Assembly (NCBI GenBank): GCA_964016885.1
Contig: OZ024742.1
Span: 258,726,001 to 258,790,000 of the forward strand
DNA from: Eledone cirrhosa
Lineage: Eukaryota
Length of the DNA stretch: 64,000 nt
Direction: 5' to 3'
Within the stretch, counting starts at the first letter, position 1. The number at the start of each line of letters is the position of its first letter. Below are positions 16,330-31,189 of this stretch, one piece after another. The notes under the pieces were generated by a model. The model was not told where the DNA came from. It was given only the letters and a program-made list of their open reading frames with translations, and searched no databases. Both the position numbers and the translations under genes were made by a program.

Positions 16330-17801
16330 GGAGGGTCATATTTGCGTAATATTGCCAGAATTAATAACAGAACACACTCACTGTTTGGTTGGTTTTCGCT
16401 TCTCGCTGTCTTTTATATATATATATCTGCGATCTAACTTACTCGGTCCTCAATGTTGCCATTGACTGACCGGCGGTCAAAAATAATACAGATACAATAT
16501 AGACAAACACATATATATATAGTTTACATAAATCTTTCGTTGCACATCTGCAACATCGTCAGTGGTGTTATATTCATTGTTCCTCCTGTTGTGTTGTATG
16601 TCTACGCCATTTTTTTTGTTCAGTCTGTCTATATATTTATTTATTTATTTGCTTGTTTGTTTATCTTATTTTATTTTGTCTTCTTTGCGCATGCGTTTGC
16701 GTGTGTGTATAGTGGGAGGGAAATTAGCTAACCAGTGTAGAAAGGCCCTGAGAAAGACCCACTTAAAAATAAAGGTGGTAGAAAAGCCAGGAACCACCAT
16801 AAAATCCCTGATCAGCAAAACCTACCCTTTTAAGAAAACCCACTGTACCAATAGGAAATGTATCATATGTAAGGTGAACCCCCGGATAAACTGTAAAACT
16901 AGAAACGTAGTCTATAGCATAAGATGTACAGAGGGTACTTGCAGTAACACGACAACAACATACATAGGTGAGACAGCTCGTAGCATAGGTGAAAGGATAG
17001 ACCAACACTGGGGGGAACTAAAAGGACGAAAAAACGGGTCAGTACTATACGAACATGCTAGACAACATCATGACGGTAACATAGACAACATAGAAATTAG
17101 AATAATATCTAAACATAGGAATGACCCAGCAGATAGGCAAATCAGAGAGGCCAGTGAAATAGAAATTAGAAGACCAAAGCTAAACAGAAAGAATGAGTGG
17201 AACAACAACAACACCCAAACAAACAACACTGACCTAAGAGAAGTATAAATAAATAAGTAAATTAAATTAAATAAAATAAGATAAATAAATACATACACAA
17301 ACACATAAACACACACTAGTCACCCAGCAGACACAACACTATACACACTAGTCACACATCACACATAACACTATACACACACGCAAACGCATGCGCAAAG
17401 AAGACAAAATAAAATAAGATAAACAAACAAGCAAATAAATAAATAAATATATAGACAGACTGAACAAAAAAAATGGCGTAGACATACAACACAACAGGAG
17501 GAACAATGAATATAACACCACTGACGATGTTGCAGATGTGCAACGAAAGATTTATGTAAACTATATATATATGTGTTTGTCTATATTGTATCTGTATTAT
17601 TTTTGACCGCCGGTCAGTCAATGGCAACATTGAGGACCGAGTAAGTTAGATCGCAGATATATAAAAGACAGCGAGAAGCGAAAACCAACCAAACAGTGAG
17701 TGTGTTCAGTTATTAATTCTGGCAATATTACGCAAATATGACCCTCCCCAAATATAACAATATCTGTTTCGACACACGATTTCATATAAAAAACCTCGCA
17801 A

Positions 17802-17806
<5 letters not shown>
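16328..17806 (+). mobile_element. 5'-truncated PLE (Neptune/Nematis-type): inverted pLTR + GIY-YIG + pLTR
   Basis: 16714-17248 encodes CTNRKCIIC linker, NVVYSIRC...C...YIGET, H..HARQHH; 16328-16713 is inverted relative to ~17370-17749; HHR core CTGACGA-GTTGCA/TGCAAC-GAAA at 17521-17548; in (TA)n. Confidence 0.92.
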
Positions 17807-17873
<67 letters not shown>

Positions 17874-17947
17874 TCTGTTACAGAAACATATGTCAATACC
17901 TAATAAATTCCTTTTTTAAAAAAGCACTTTCATTTTATATTCATCCT

Positions 17948-17997
<50 letters not shown>

Positions 17998-18469
17998 GGA
18001 TATATAATCCTTCATAATACATCCTCAGATACACACATAAACACATGCATGTACATTTATATATACTTTTCCAAAGGTAGTGTATACGATCGATTTGACT
18101 ATTATTATCACATATCAATATAATTACCTGGATTGAGGCGACCACATTTTCAGACTTCATATTTCCTGTTATTTCCTAAAATAACCAGACGTTTACAGAT
18201 CCACCTTCAAAATTTTCATACGTTGGTAATTAGCGGACAAGGATCCTTTTGTGTATGGGTTAAACGTGCTCAACTTACATAAACGAAATCCGTTGTACGA
18301 ATCCCCACGGGTGTATGTATGCATCCATTTCCAATTCAATGTGTAATTTACTCCATTTATACAAGTATGTTTTAAATAATTTAATCAATTATGATTAATG
18401 TTGTTGCATTTTAGGTATTCGTATGTTTTTGGTGTTTATTATTTAATGTAATTTTTAATAATGATTTCT

Positions 18470-18625
18470 AGTCTAGGCACAAGCACAGCAATTTGTTGGG
18501 GGGTGGGGGTGGGGGGTCGCTTAAATCGAACCCAGTAAGTTATTGGTGCTTTATTTATTGACATCGTAAGGAGAAATGCAAAGTTAACCTCGGCGGAATT
18601 TGAACTCAGACCTTAAAGGACCGTC
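18470..18625 (+). mobile_element. SINE-like interspersed repeat remnant
   Basis: TTTATT..GAC...GGA.GAAA.GCAAAGTTAACC..GGAATTTGAACTCAG; related pieces near 24900-25100, 25545-25640, 56930-57015, 60040-60110. Confidence 0.55.
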
Positions 18626-19861
18626 AATCTATGCTGAAAATGACTTATATATCACAAGAATAGACTACATTGCATTGTAAGTGGCAGTTGTTTATTCGCA
18701 TGTTGGTGTTGGTGAGTATGTACCGAGCTATTTATGGTACATATCTATAATTTCCAGCGCAGCAGAATATGTGACGCTGTCGTACCTGTGAATTCAGGTA
18801 GAAAACATACAAGTTGCTTCCGTACTCTACCCAAGTTCCTTTAAAAGCGTTGTGTTAACTCGGGGATATAGGAAATAACCTTCTCCAAGATACCATACAG
18901 TTATATGGACCAAACATGCTATTTTACAATCGGTCAGCAATGCTTATCTCCAGAGATTCTCGGACTTCCCTCGATTCCGACGAGGAATGCTCTAGTTGTT
19001 TGACAAACGGAACCACCTGCTCGTGAAATTCGCTTACATATGGCTCAACATTCTAGAGACATGTCAATTGAGAATGACACATCATGTCAACATGCTGCTT
19101 CTTTGAATTGCAGTAACAACTCATTTTTGAGAGCCGAGTGAACTGTACCAAACGTAAGTTAAATAAATGCTTCGCGCAAAGATACGATGCTCACTGATAA
19201 ACGAACTCACGACGTTATGATCTTGAGCCGAAGACTAATCACTAAACCGAGTATTTCCATAAGAGACTGGTTAAGAATTAAAACCTCAATGCAATATAAC
19301 ACGTATGAATCACGAAACGTAGAATTAGAGATACTTACTGTCATAGAACTGTACATCATGAGATGTTTTCATCGTCATTCATGCATAATCGTCTATGTAT
19401 AATATATTGATATATCAATAGAAAGTCATCATTGTGTGTCCTTAGCTAGTCTATTCTGAATATTTCAAGATTGGAAGTATGCAGCAACCATCATTGAAAC
19501 GAAGCCATCAATAACAATATAGAAATTATAATCGATGTATTATACACATACAGATGGAAACAAAAGGGGAAATGAGACAGAATACAAAACGAAAATATTT
19601 CATACTTGAACAAGTTGACGCACGGAATTACACTGCATCAATATATCTATTGTATGTGCTTAAATAAGCAAACTATGTCAATGTTACTGCAACAGATCAC
19701 ACGAAGTCATTGACATGACATTCAGGCGTTTCATAGAAATTAAATACAGCAAACGCATTGTCTTGTGGAAACAAAGCAGTACCCCATAATGTATAGAACA
19801 CAATAACCTTTCGTTTCATGTACATCTTTTGATATTTCACCTGATGATATCATATGTCTCC

Positions 19862-19892
<31 letters not shown>

Positions 19893-21256
19893 TGTATGTA
19901 TGTATGTATGTATGTATGTATGTATGCGTGTATGTATGTATGTATGTGTGAATGCATGCATGTATGTATGTATTCATGCATGCATGTTTGCATATATGCA
20001 TATATGTATCCATGCGTGTATGCTGGTATGTATGTCAACGTATATATATGCGTCGTTTGTACAGCCTCGGATGTTGGTCTGTCGTTGAGAAGAGACACTC
20101 TGATTTCAAAACCTGTGTATATGGGGCTCCTTACTCGTAATTCTCACAACCATTCTGTGCGTGTGATATAAACAGTTCTCGTCGTTGCTAGTAGGGTGCA
20201 CAGTAAGTTTACTGGAGTGAGGCACTCCGAGCTGTTGATACTGAATTCTTGTAACAGAGGATAAATCTGAAGTAAAACCTGCAGCCATGTGATAACTGGT
20301 GATATTGTATTGGCTTGTCATCAGATATAATCACTGAAACTTAGAGAATGGTCCTCATGCTGTGCATGTGCTTTCTTCTATAATCAATGTATCATTCTAT
20401 CTCGCTAAAGGTTGGAAGAATTATAGGCGCCATATAGAGACTGGGTCTATTGCTGTACCAATGAAATACCAATGAAATACCAACACTTTCGTTTGTTCTC
20501 CACCCCGGGAATGTAGTATACTCGGGTGCAATCACTCTTCACTAATAACCTGTGCTCTTCTGAACTACGTCAGAATGATGGCAGCGCCTTGGGGTTGGGT
20601 CTCGGTCTTCATTGTGTTGCTATATTGAATCTTCCCATTCCTGAACATAGGAGGTTGAAGACGTGCAGGAATGATCGAAGTGGTGTTGAAAACGTTATCA
20701 TGTGATACAACATGAAGTATTTACCGTATATGTATGCAATATATATAAATTCAAAATAGAGGGTGCACAGGACAAAGACGATGGAAAAAACAACGAAAAG
20801 ACTGACAGTCCCATCTCCTCAGTCAACTTCTGTAAATCACTACCGTTTCGCAATATTAGCATAGAGACCGTACATTGCAATGCACGTTGGAACACTACAA
20901 AATAGCTAGAGACAATGTATGATTTCGGCAAATTACATAAATGGGGAAGGAAATGCATCATATGTGCGTCAATAGATAGAACGGTGATGGAAGTTCTTAG
21001 CAAAAGGAGATAAATATAGAAAGGAGGGAAATAGCTAAACAGAATATAACGAGTATTCCAACGTGCAAACACAGAGGAAATGACACTGAAGTGTAGTTAA
21101 AGTAAGAATAAAAGAAGACCGGATGCGTGATGTCTATTATATAATAGTTTCAGAAAAAGCCCGCATGACAAAAACTTTAGAATATAAATTCAAAATAGTG
21201 GCGCAGGAGACGATGACAATGGAAAAAGCAACGGAACGATGGACAGTCCAATATAT

Positions 21257-21324
<68 letters not shown>

Positions 21325-21362
21325 ATATTAATAAATGGAAACTATATTTATAAAACCATAAT

Positions 21363-21427
21363 TATTTTATTATATATATTTCAAGGGAAACCAAGGCAGT
21401 CTTGGTGCGCTTTCATCAGATAAAATA
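21363..21427 (-). ncRNA. Type I hammerhead ribozyme
   Basis: TATTTTAT-CTGATGA-AAG..ACCAAG/CTTGGT..CTT-GAAA-TATATA-TA-ATAAAATA; truncated plus-strand relative at ~24470-24495. Confidence 0.85.
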
Positions 21428-21503
21428 CAAAATTTGTTTTATAAATAGTGACATAGCCATGTAAAACAACCTTGACCGTTGAAAATTCGCTGAATCTATA
21501 TAT

Positions 21504-21891
21504 AGTGTATTGCAAAATGCACTATATATACATTCATATATATATCGCTATTTCAGAACACCAATTCTAATTTTCAACTTTTGCTGGATCGGCAACGGCT
21601 CTGTATAATCAATTCCTGATTATTACTGGAATTCTATAAGAATCCAACATTCATAATTTTCAGCAGGCAAGGGGAGTGCTTAGCTCCGAGGAGTACCAAC
21701 AGTACGAAACAGAGATATGTCAGCTTATCTCCCTTTGTTTGCTGAAAAAAGAAGTATGTGACATAGTCACTACTTTAAAGCAATAGCGTAAAGTCTTAAA
21801 AATGTTTTTAATTAAGCATACAGTGTATTGCGAAATACACTATATATACATTCATATATATATATCACTATTTCAGAACACCAATTCTAAT
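21504..21891 (+). mobile_element. Mini HHR element with ~68-nt terminal direct repeats
   Basis: AGTGTATTGC...CAGAACACCAATTCTAAT at 21504 and 21822 (318-nt period); internal HHR 21682-21725 AGCT-CCGAGGA-GTAC/GTAC-GAAA-CA..TG-TC-AGCT. Confidence 0.75.
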
Positions 21892-21957
21892 ACATATATA
21901 TATGATATAAATATAGCGAATCCTATATAAACAACAGAGTGTGTGTATTATGTTCTT

Positions 21958-22181
21958 AAAGTAATTCTCTAAGCAGAACACTTCACAATTATTAAGTCAT
22001 AGTTTCGCTAGCACTGCATAGCATCCTCAGTAAATGATCTCTAACATAGCCTTGAGTAATATGCAAACATAAAGGTCTTTAACTCGAGGCTATGTTAGAG
22101 GTCACTTACTGGGGATGCCATGCAGTGTTAGCGAACCTACGACTTAATGATTGTGAAGCGTTGTGCTTCGAGAATTACTTT
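21958..22181. repeat. Fold-back palindrome with a degenerate HHR in each arm
   Basis: ~100-nt arms; minus arm CTGAGGA-GCTA/TAGC-GAAA, plus arm CTGGGGA...GAAC. Confidence 0.8.
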
Positions 22182-23146
22182 GTTAATAACTTAATACTCA
22201 CACTTCATTGGTTATATTTGATTCTGTATATTTGAAAGAAATGTATATTTCGATACTTCCTTTTTCACTGTTGGGTGGGAGTATTTGAATCGTGGGTAAA
22301 TGTTTATTAAATAATGTCCCTATTATTTAAAATGTTAAAACCACCGACATATTCCCTACCGTATGGATATATACCTCTAGATCATTGATTTTCAAAATAC
22401 AGGCCCCAGCACACCCGCGTGGCGCAAGAGGAGTTAGCTAGATAAATCAGAAATGTAAAAATGAATATACACATTGAAAATATATGAAGAAAAACTGATA
22501 TGCTAAATATAAAGTCTCAAAAAATATGCTCCATTTATTAGTATGTAATACTTCTTTCCTAGTTTAATTTATTTCTATTTATACACAAAATTATGATTAT
22601 AATTATTTTATAACATTTATTGAATTTGCGCTGAAGTGTGCAGCGATTATAAATAGTTTGTGATTTACTGCTCTAGTTACTATTCAAAATATAATGTTAA
22701 AGAAAAAAGCAAGCTTTAAATATTATATTTTTAAATTTAGTATTTGTGAAATTATATTTCATCACAGCAGCTTTATTGTTTTCCGTCTTCGATGTCCGTT
22801 GTTTCAGGTGAAGATGTTTCAATTGTAGAAACAGCATTCTCGTAAATTTACGGTGGACGTGAATAAGTATTCAAAAGGCAGGTGCAGCCCTAATTGAGGT
22901 GATTATATGTGACACAATCTGTGAAAAAGTTAGTCGTTTCAACTCCTTTTCTTCTGGGTGAGGAGGCTAAGCAAGGTACAGTAAATTTCCTTGTTTGTGG
23001 AAAACGCGACGCCGGGAGTTTGACTGAAAACCTTACGATCGTACTTGTAACCCACTAACTATTAAGGCAGACGCCTTCTCTGTACCTAAAGAGCTATTTT
23101 ATTTTCAAGGCTTTTAACTCTCACTATAACTGTATGTGGTAACTTG

Positions 23147-23215
<69 letters not shown>

Positions 23216-23388
23216 GTGTGTGTGTGTAAGTGTGTGTGTGTGTATGTATGTGTGTGTGTGTGTGCATGTGCGTGCGCATGTGTGTGTGTATTGTATTTGC
23301 GTGTACCTGTGTATCCGTGAGTGACGGCGTGTGACTTAGTTCTAGTTAGACTATTCGTCTCATATATAATCTATATATACATACACAT

Positions 23389-23452
<64 letters not shown>

Positions 23453-23560
23453 TTATATATATATATATATATGTGTATATATATATATATATATAAATGA
23501 AGTAATTCCGTCGGAAAAGTCCAGGAAAAAAGAGTGCTCTATGTAGGTAACAGAGCTTAA

Positions 23561-23755
23561 TAGTTATGTAATAAACAACATAAGGCAATTATTCTATTTA
23601 CCAGTAGTTTCTTAAAAGCAAAAGATTTTGCTTTCAATCCTCAGAATGAAAAAGTCCTGGTCTCAGGATTTTTTCATTCTGAGGATTGAAAGCAAAATCT
23701 TTCCTTTTAAGAAACTACTGGTAAATGGAATAATTGCCTTATGTTGTTTATTACA

Positions 23756-23762
<7 letters not shown>
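23561..23762. repeat. Fold-back palindrome with an HHR on each strand (23592-23651 -, 23672-23730 +)
   Basis: TTCATT-CTGAGGA-TTGAAAG/CTTTTAA-GAAA-CTACTGG-TA-AATGGA; ~98-nt arms nearly identical. Confidence 0.9.
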
Positions 23763-23797
<35 letters not shown>

Positions 23798-23882
23798 TAA
23801 GTTATTCCGGGTTGAATCGGAGGTAATCACAGTAAGTAAGGTACTCAATACATAGCGGAGTATAAAAGTTTTAATATAGATG

Positions 23883-23933
23883 AGATTCTACAGGACTAGA
23901 ACTGTTTCATTCTTTAGAAATCATCAGGAATCT
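23883..23933 (-). ncRNA. Type I hammerhead ribozyme, family D
   Basis: AGATTC-CTGATGA-tTTCTaaAGAAt-GAAA-CAGttctagtcCTG-TA-GAATCT, within element ~23795-24160. Confidence 0.9.
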
Positions 23934-24213
23934 GGCTTTCCAAAATAAATCTTGTGGTATTTATATCTTTTCAGGTGGTAGGAGTGGGATGGGTGGAGGT
24001 CATTGGTTGAAAGAAAAGGGAATTCATTCAAAGCTAATTCTTTAAGGCTATAATTCATAGTTAGTGTGACAAAGGCAGAAAGGATGCTATAAACAAGTTC
24101 AGAGTGGGGTGCCACTCCTTATTTTTGAGTTTCTCTTAAGCTATATTCCAGGTGTCAACAGACACATTCACATACACACACATATATATATATATTTACA
24201 CATACACACACAT

Positions 24214-24280
<67 letters not shown>

Positions 24281-26033
24281 TATATATATGAAGAGGTTAT
24301 ATTTAATTTGTTGGGATTCAACAACCTTGCATATTCACTCATAACTTTGTATACTCACTCATAACTTTGCATTGCCCTCAATAAAATATTATCTCCACTA
24401 TCCAGGGAGCTCCAACCGTTAAGGTTGTCTTTTTCCGGGTATGTCAATATTTATTTATAAAAAAATCTGTATTTTATCTGATGAAAGCGCACCATATATA
24501 TATATGTACTTATATATATATTATAAAAATAAAAACAAAAGAGCAAATAAACAAACCAATTAACTAGAAAACAGTATCAACATACCAATTCATGGTTTAA
24601 AAGCAACACCGATAATACTGAAGATTTGAGGGAAACATCCTGTAGCACCGGAATTAGAATCGATTGATACAATCTCTCTTTCAAGGCTTAGGTTAGGTCT
24701 ATATAGGACTATGTATAGTAAGTATATAAAAGAAATGAAGCATGGAGTAATGTGGACGTCAAAAGTAAACGTATAGCAAATAAAGAGAACAAATATCATT
24801 GAAACGGTCACATACCTTGTGATGAAAAAGCTTTGAGAATAATGTAAATACCTGATTGGTAGATTCACTAACTGCCGTGTGGAATAACTACCGGAGGGAT
24901 TACTCTTGCAAACTCCAGCAATTTTGGGGAAATGAATAATAATTATGTTGGTTTCTTTATAACGTGTGTTTATTTTATCAACACTGGAAGTATGAAAAGG
25001 TATGTTGGTTACATCAAGATTTTTACTCAGAAATTTGTATCAAAACCACAAAGATTTTGTCCGATGCTCTAACAACACTGCTTAACTACCGCCCTAATTA
25101 CGTGATTAATATTAAGAACTAAAGTGAACATTTACTGTTTCAGGTATTTTTATCGGTAGCTGGAAACTCGCTCCCTACCATATATAAGTAAAACATTACA
25201 CAAAATAGTTTGAAAATCTATGACTCTACTAAATATTTAATATTTTTGTTTGTATAATACGAATATTATGTAATTAAATTATATGATGTTTCTCACAACA
25301 CCCTAACCGACAATTACATTCAATAAACATAAACTAGCGAAAACGCACCACACATATTACAGTTTCACTATCTAAAATAAAATTAAATCGTACAGTCAGT
25401 ATTGCTACTATCATGAAAAATTAGTTTCCCTCCAATTGTGGATACCGGATTAAATTAGCAATGTATACTCTGAAGTGCACTAAATATTTACTGCTATCAT
25501 CAGAGAAACTTTAGCGCGATGTTATCCACACACAATAAGAATAATTGTTTCTACTTTTGGCACAAGTCTAGAAATTAACCAGTACATTACTGGTACTTTA
25601 TTTTATCGACCCCATAAGGATGAAAGGCAAAGTTAACCACACACTATAAAAATAATGACAGGATGTATAAAATTCCCTTAATCAAAGTTACATATGTATA
25701 TACAATTTTCTTTAGCTTTTCTCATATTGATGTTATAATATGTTCGTTCCTATATATTTATGTATCATAGACTGTCGGTCTATCTTCAATCATCCACAAT
25801 TAATGCTTACGTATATCCCATTGACTAGTATTGATTAATTATGGATTTTTCTGTATTAAATATTATTTAATTTGCTACTATAACACGCAGGAAGAAGGAA
25901 ATATATTCAATTGATATTGTTCCGAAATTGATCAAATGTAATTTTCAATCCAAAGCAACTACATATATATATAGAGAGAGAGAGGGAGGTATGCATGCAT
26001 CCTGTATACATATATATATATATACACACATAA

Positions 26034-26064
<31 letters not shown>

Positions 26065-26068
<4 letters not shown>

Positions 26069-26178
26069 AACGAGTAGGACCCCGACGGTTGAGCTCAAGC
26101 CGTTTCGACGGCTAATTCTGGAATGAATTTGCCGTCGAAACGGCTTGAGCTCAGCCGTCGGGGGCAACTCGTTCCTAT
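26065..26178. repeat. Fold-back palindrome retaining the 3' half of an HHR
   Basis: Arms ATAGGAACGAGT...CGACGGC; GAAA-CGGCT..AGCCG-TC-GGGG; downstream sequence shared with 15661-15750. Confidence 0.75.
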
Positions 26179-26281
26179 TACCCACTCTACTACCCTAAGT
26201 ATTGAGTACTCTAGTGCGTTATGGTCCATCTGGTTCCTTACCACATTTCCTTCGTTATATATATATATACTATATATATAC

Positions 26282-26330
<49 letters not shown>

Positions 26331-26339
26331 CGCGATGAA

Positions 26340-27325
26340 TTAGTTTTGCGAGGTTTTTGATATGGAATCGTGTGTTGAAACAAATATTGTTATACTTGAG
26401 GAGGGTCATACAACCCACTGTACTAATAGGAAATGTATCATATGTAAGGTAAACCCCCGGATAAACTGTAAAACTAGAAACGTAGTCTATAGCATAAGAT
26501 GTACAGAGGGTACTTGCAGAAACATGACAACAACATACATAGGCGAGACAGCTCATAGCATAGGTGAAAGGATAGACCAAAACTGGAGGGAACTAAAAGG
26601 ACGAAAAAAAGGTTCAGAACTATACGAACATGCCAGACAACAACACGACAACAACATAGAAATTAGAATAATATCTAAACATAGAAATGACCCAGCAGAT
26701 AGGCGAATCAGAGACGCCAGTGAAATAGAACTTAGAAGGCCAAGGCTAAACAGAAAGAATAAATGGAATAACAACAACACCCAAACAAACAACACTGACC
26801 TAAGAGAAGTATAAATAATTAAATAGATAAATAAATAAATAAATACATACGCAAGCACAATAACAACAAACACATATAAACACACATTAGTAAAGATAGA
26901 ATACATTAACCAATACACAGTCACCCAATCACGAACACACATCAAACAAAACACTATACACACACGCAAACGCATGCGCAAAGAATACAAAATAAAATAA
27001 ACAAATAAATAAATATATAAACAGACTAAATAAAGATGGCGTGGAAAATACAATGCAAAGGGAGGAAACAATAGCACCACTGACAATGTTGCAGATGTGC
27101 AACAAAAGAACTTTGATAAACTATATATATGTGTTTGTGTCTATATTGTATCTGTATTATTTTTGACGTTGGTCAGTCAATGGCAACATTGAGGACCGAA
27201 TGAATTAGATTACCGATATAAAAGACACAGAAGCGAAAAGCCAATACCAATCAAACAGTGAGTGTGTTCTGTTATTAATTCTGGCAATATTACACAAATA
27301 TGACCCTCCCCAAGTATAACAATAT
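26340..27325 (+). mobile_element. 5'-truncated PLE copy (GIY-YIG + pLTR) with short inverted 3' tail at its 5' end
   Basis: ORF 26362-26814 nearly identical to 16714-17248; 26344-26410 is the reverse complement of the family 3' tail; HHR core mutated (CTGACAA...AAAA). Confidence 0.9.
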
Positions 27326-27344
27326 ATATATATATATATATATA

Positions 27345-27386
<42 letters not shown>

Positions 27387-27524
27387 TATTTATGTAAGTA
27401 TGTTTTGAAACAGTGAGCGAGTTTGAAATTAGAAATATAAGCTATCACCGTATTTTTGACTAAAGAAATGTTTAGCCTGATAGCGTGGTTTAGAGCCCTC
27501 GGAGAAATGGAAAAAGATGAGTAT

Positions 27525-27588
27525 TGACGTACATGGGAGTCGAACCCACATCTTTGATTATCCAGACCACTGTGCTACCATTACACCA
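27525..27588 (-). other. tRNA-derived sequence (SINE head or tRNA pseudogene)
   Basis: A box TGGTGTAATGG and B box GGTTCGACTCC at tRNA-like spacing; 5' acceptor strand missing. Confidence 0.55.
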
Positions 27589-28068
27589 ATATATATATAT
27601 ATATAAGAGAGTATTGAAGTTTGCTTGAAGCATTGTGGAATAATAGGTAAATATCTTTAAGTCGTTTGGAAGCCTCGACAATGAAAATGGGCAAATCTCC
27701 GGGTAACAAGGTCCGGTGGTGGAGAGAGAGATGTAAGTGGGTGCACGTTGAGATGCGTGGTGTGTATAAGACGTGTAGAGGAATGAAGGAAAGAGTATAA
27801 AGGATAAAATTAAAATAACAACACGAGAGAGAGAGTTACCTTGGGAGAGATTTAATTGTCCCTATATATTTCGGATTCACATCTATCAAATGGGGTTTTT
27901 TCCGGGGTGGGGGAAAGGTTGTCTGTCGGAAAGGTGCGAAACGCGTCCTCCACTGTTTGTTGTTTTCAATATTCGGCCGATTAACCCACTCGATATGCAA
28001 ATTGGGCTACTCAGCCGTTAATATGCATGAGGTAAGTATATACGTTCAACATTCTGGCAGGAAGGTAT

Positions 28069-28111
28069 ACATTGCTGACGATAGCTAATAAGCTTGAAAC
28101 TAGTACAGCGT
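28069..28111 (+). ncRNA. Minimal hammerhead, family A copy
   Basis: ACATTG-CTGACGA-AGCT/AGCT-GAAA-CTAG-TA-CAGCGT. Confidence 0.8.
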
Positions 28112-28373
28112 TCCTTTGTCAGTGTTGAACAAACGAGTAAGGATGGTTGCTAGACACTACGGCTTAATACGGGATGTTTGTTTACAAACACACCAAGCAT
28201 TATAGTAAATGTTCAGTGAATCCATACGTACATATATATATATGTGTGCATGTATGTATATATATATACATACTACTGTACGTCTGTATACATATATGTA
28301 TGTACGTGTACATACTTATATTTAAGTAACAGCCGTACTAAGAGTGGGAAATGAAATTTCCTTTCATTTTTCC

Positions 28374-28424
<51 letters not shown>

Positions 28425-29715
28425 ACCCCCCGCACACGTACCCACACACCCTCGTACACCACCAACTCTACACGCCCTACCACTACTAACCCCTACTCAC
28501 ACCTGCATTCAACCCCTCCCCACCTCCCGTATACTAACACCCACTAACACCTCTTCATCAAACTACACACACACCAGTACACCACACGCCCTCCATAGAA
28601 CCACACACACCCTTCTCTCCCCGCTCCACCCACACCCTCGCTCCACACTCACTCACCCCACTAACACCCCTACTAATACACACACACACACCCTCCTCAC
28701 TCCAACTTTCACACCTACCCATCCTCGCCCCTTTACCATTCCACCGACTGCTGCTATGCCCTCTGACCACCTCCCAGCACAAACAGACCGCAGCACTCCC
28801 ACTACTGACCACTTCCTGTTGTGCGCACACCCCACATCTCTCCCCTTCCGACCATCGCTTCATGGAATACCCACACGCAGAAATTGACCAATAACCAATC
28901 CACTAAACATCTTCGGAATTTATCAACTTTTCAACCATCCTCTTACGTAATCACCTATATAACTCACCCACACAGACAGCCCCAAAAAATGTTTTTCTCC
29001 AGACGCCACCTACACCCACAACACGCTTAAACCCCACACACACGTGCTTCCCACCACATATCTACACCCTCAGCCTCCTGATTCCTCTCCCCCCACCGCT
29101 CTATCCACACACGCACAGACACTCCGACCCACAAACACCCCCCACACACTCCTCTTCCTGAACATGCAACCCCGTTCTTCCCCAAACCCTTACTTTCACA
29201 TACACACACACACACACACACGCACACCTACACACACACACCACCTTCAGCCCTCCCCGCTCGGACACCCCGTCTCCCTCTCCCCACTCCACCCGCCACC
29301 ACCCCTACACACCCCACACCCTTCCACCACCTGTTTAACCCCCTTTTAATTTCAGTTTATTTTGATCATGCCTTTATTTTTAAATGTATCTCTTCCTTGT
29401 ATTTTGATCATGCTTTATTTTTATTTTTATCTTTATTTTTTATTTTTTCATTCGCACCGTTTTCTTTCGCTATATGTCTCTCCACCACTCCCCCACACAC
29501 CCTTTGAACTCTGTTCCCACACACTTCCCACCTGAGGAAGGGCTTATGCCCGAAACGTCGTCCCCCACCAACACCCCACTCTCAAGAGCGTGAAATTAAT
29601 AAACATTTGTTGTACTGTCTCTCTGTTTTGTCCCTGTTCTAATTTTTCCATTATATATATATATATATATATATAGTGTATGTATATATATATATATATA
29701 TATATATACTGTATG

Positions 29716-29782
<67 letters not shown>

Positions 29783-29801
29783 GTATATATATATATATAT
29801 A

Positions 29802-29847
<46 letters not shown>

Positions 29848-29907
29848 GTATATATATATATATATACTATATATATATGTATATATATGTATATATATAT
29901 ATATATA

Positions 29908-29996
<89 letters not shown>

Positions 29997-30218
29997 TATG
30001 TATACGTACAAACATATATGTATACTGACGTACAGTAGTATGTATATACATAATATTGTACGTCTTTATACATATATGTATGTACGTATACATACTTATA
30101 TTTAAGTATCAGCCGTACTAAGAGGAGAAATGAAATTTCATTTTTTTGCATTCATATATATATTTATATATATATATGCATATATGTATATATGTATATA
30201 TGTATATATATATATGTA

Positions 30219-30272
<54 letters not shown>

Positions 30273-30274
30273 CT

Positions 30275-30324
<50 letters not shown>

Positions 30325-31189
30325 TGTATACATTTGGCAGTATACCCGTTTATGGTGCTTCAATTCGAAAATAACCGAAAAGATTAGTTGCTGAGTTTTC
30401 ATTGAAATTATTTTATAAATTTTATATATTGTACATTGTCAAAGAAACGAACACTCGTACATCACACCCCGACAGGCATTCACACACATGATCATACATA
30501 CGCACATATATAGGTGTTTGTGTCTGTTTCTATGTGTGTCTGTGTATGTGTGTTTGTATGAATGTAAATATATATATTTACACACAACACACACATGCAC
30601 ACACACACACATACACACACACATACACACATATATATATATATATTTTTGCAAAATATGTCAACATCAATGGACATATTATTTTTATCTAAAGGCATTT
30701 TTTCCAATTCCATCCCGCCCGTCCCTTCAATCTATTTTATTTATCATTCTTTCTTCTGATGAAGAAACGTTAAGACCCTCTTCCTGCTATATCAAGCGTT
30801 AACCTAAAATATCCCTTCCATATACTGTACCGATTGTGTTGTTATTTCTGTTTAACTTATACATATATATATATATCTCAATATTATAGTTCTGGTATGT
30901 CAAATTAATACCATTGAATAACCCTGTATCATAGACAACATATATATTTCCAGGGGTACTTAGTACCCGTGGGCTATTTAACTTCCGTTATGTAGGGAAC
31001 AAATCTGTTTTTCTATTTGGCTGCTATTTTTAGTGGCGGTGTAGACAACACGTCTATGTTTACTTCCGCTTTTGCTACGGACTGGTTCAAGTATAGGTCA
31101 AATTTTGGCCTCATTCGATCCTGTACTAGCTAGCAGATGGCAATATATTTTTCCGTTCCTGGGACTTTTTGTCCTAGGAAAGGAAAATA

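Noticed and set aside
16562-16713. Hydrophobic N-terminus fused to GIY-YIG in the 228-aa ORF
   Set aside because: Read-through from the inverted pLTR; not a signal or transmembrane segment
20100-20700. Possible old LINE remnant on the minus strand
   Set aside because: Too degraded to assign
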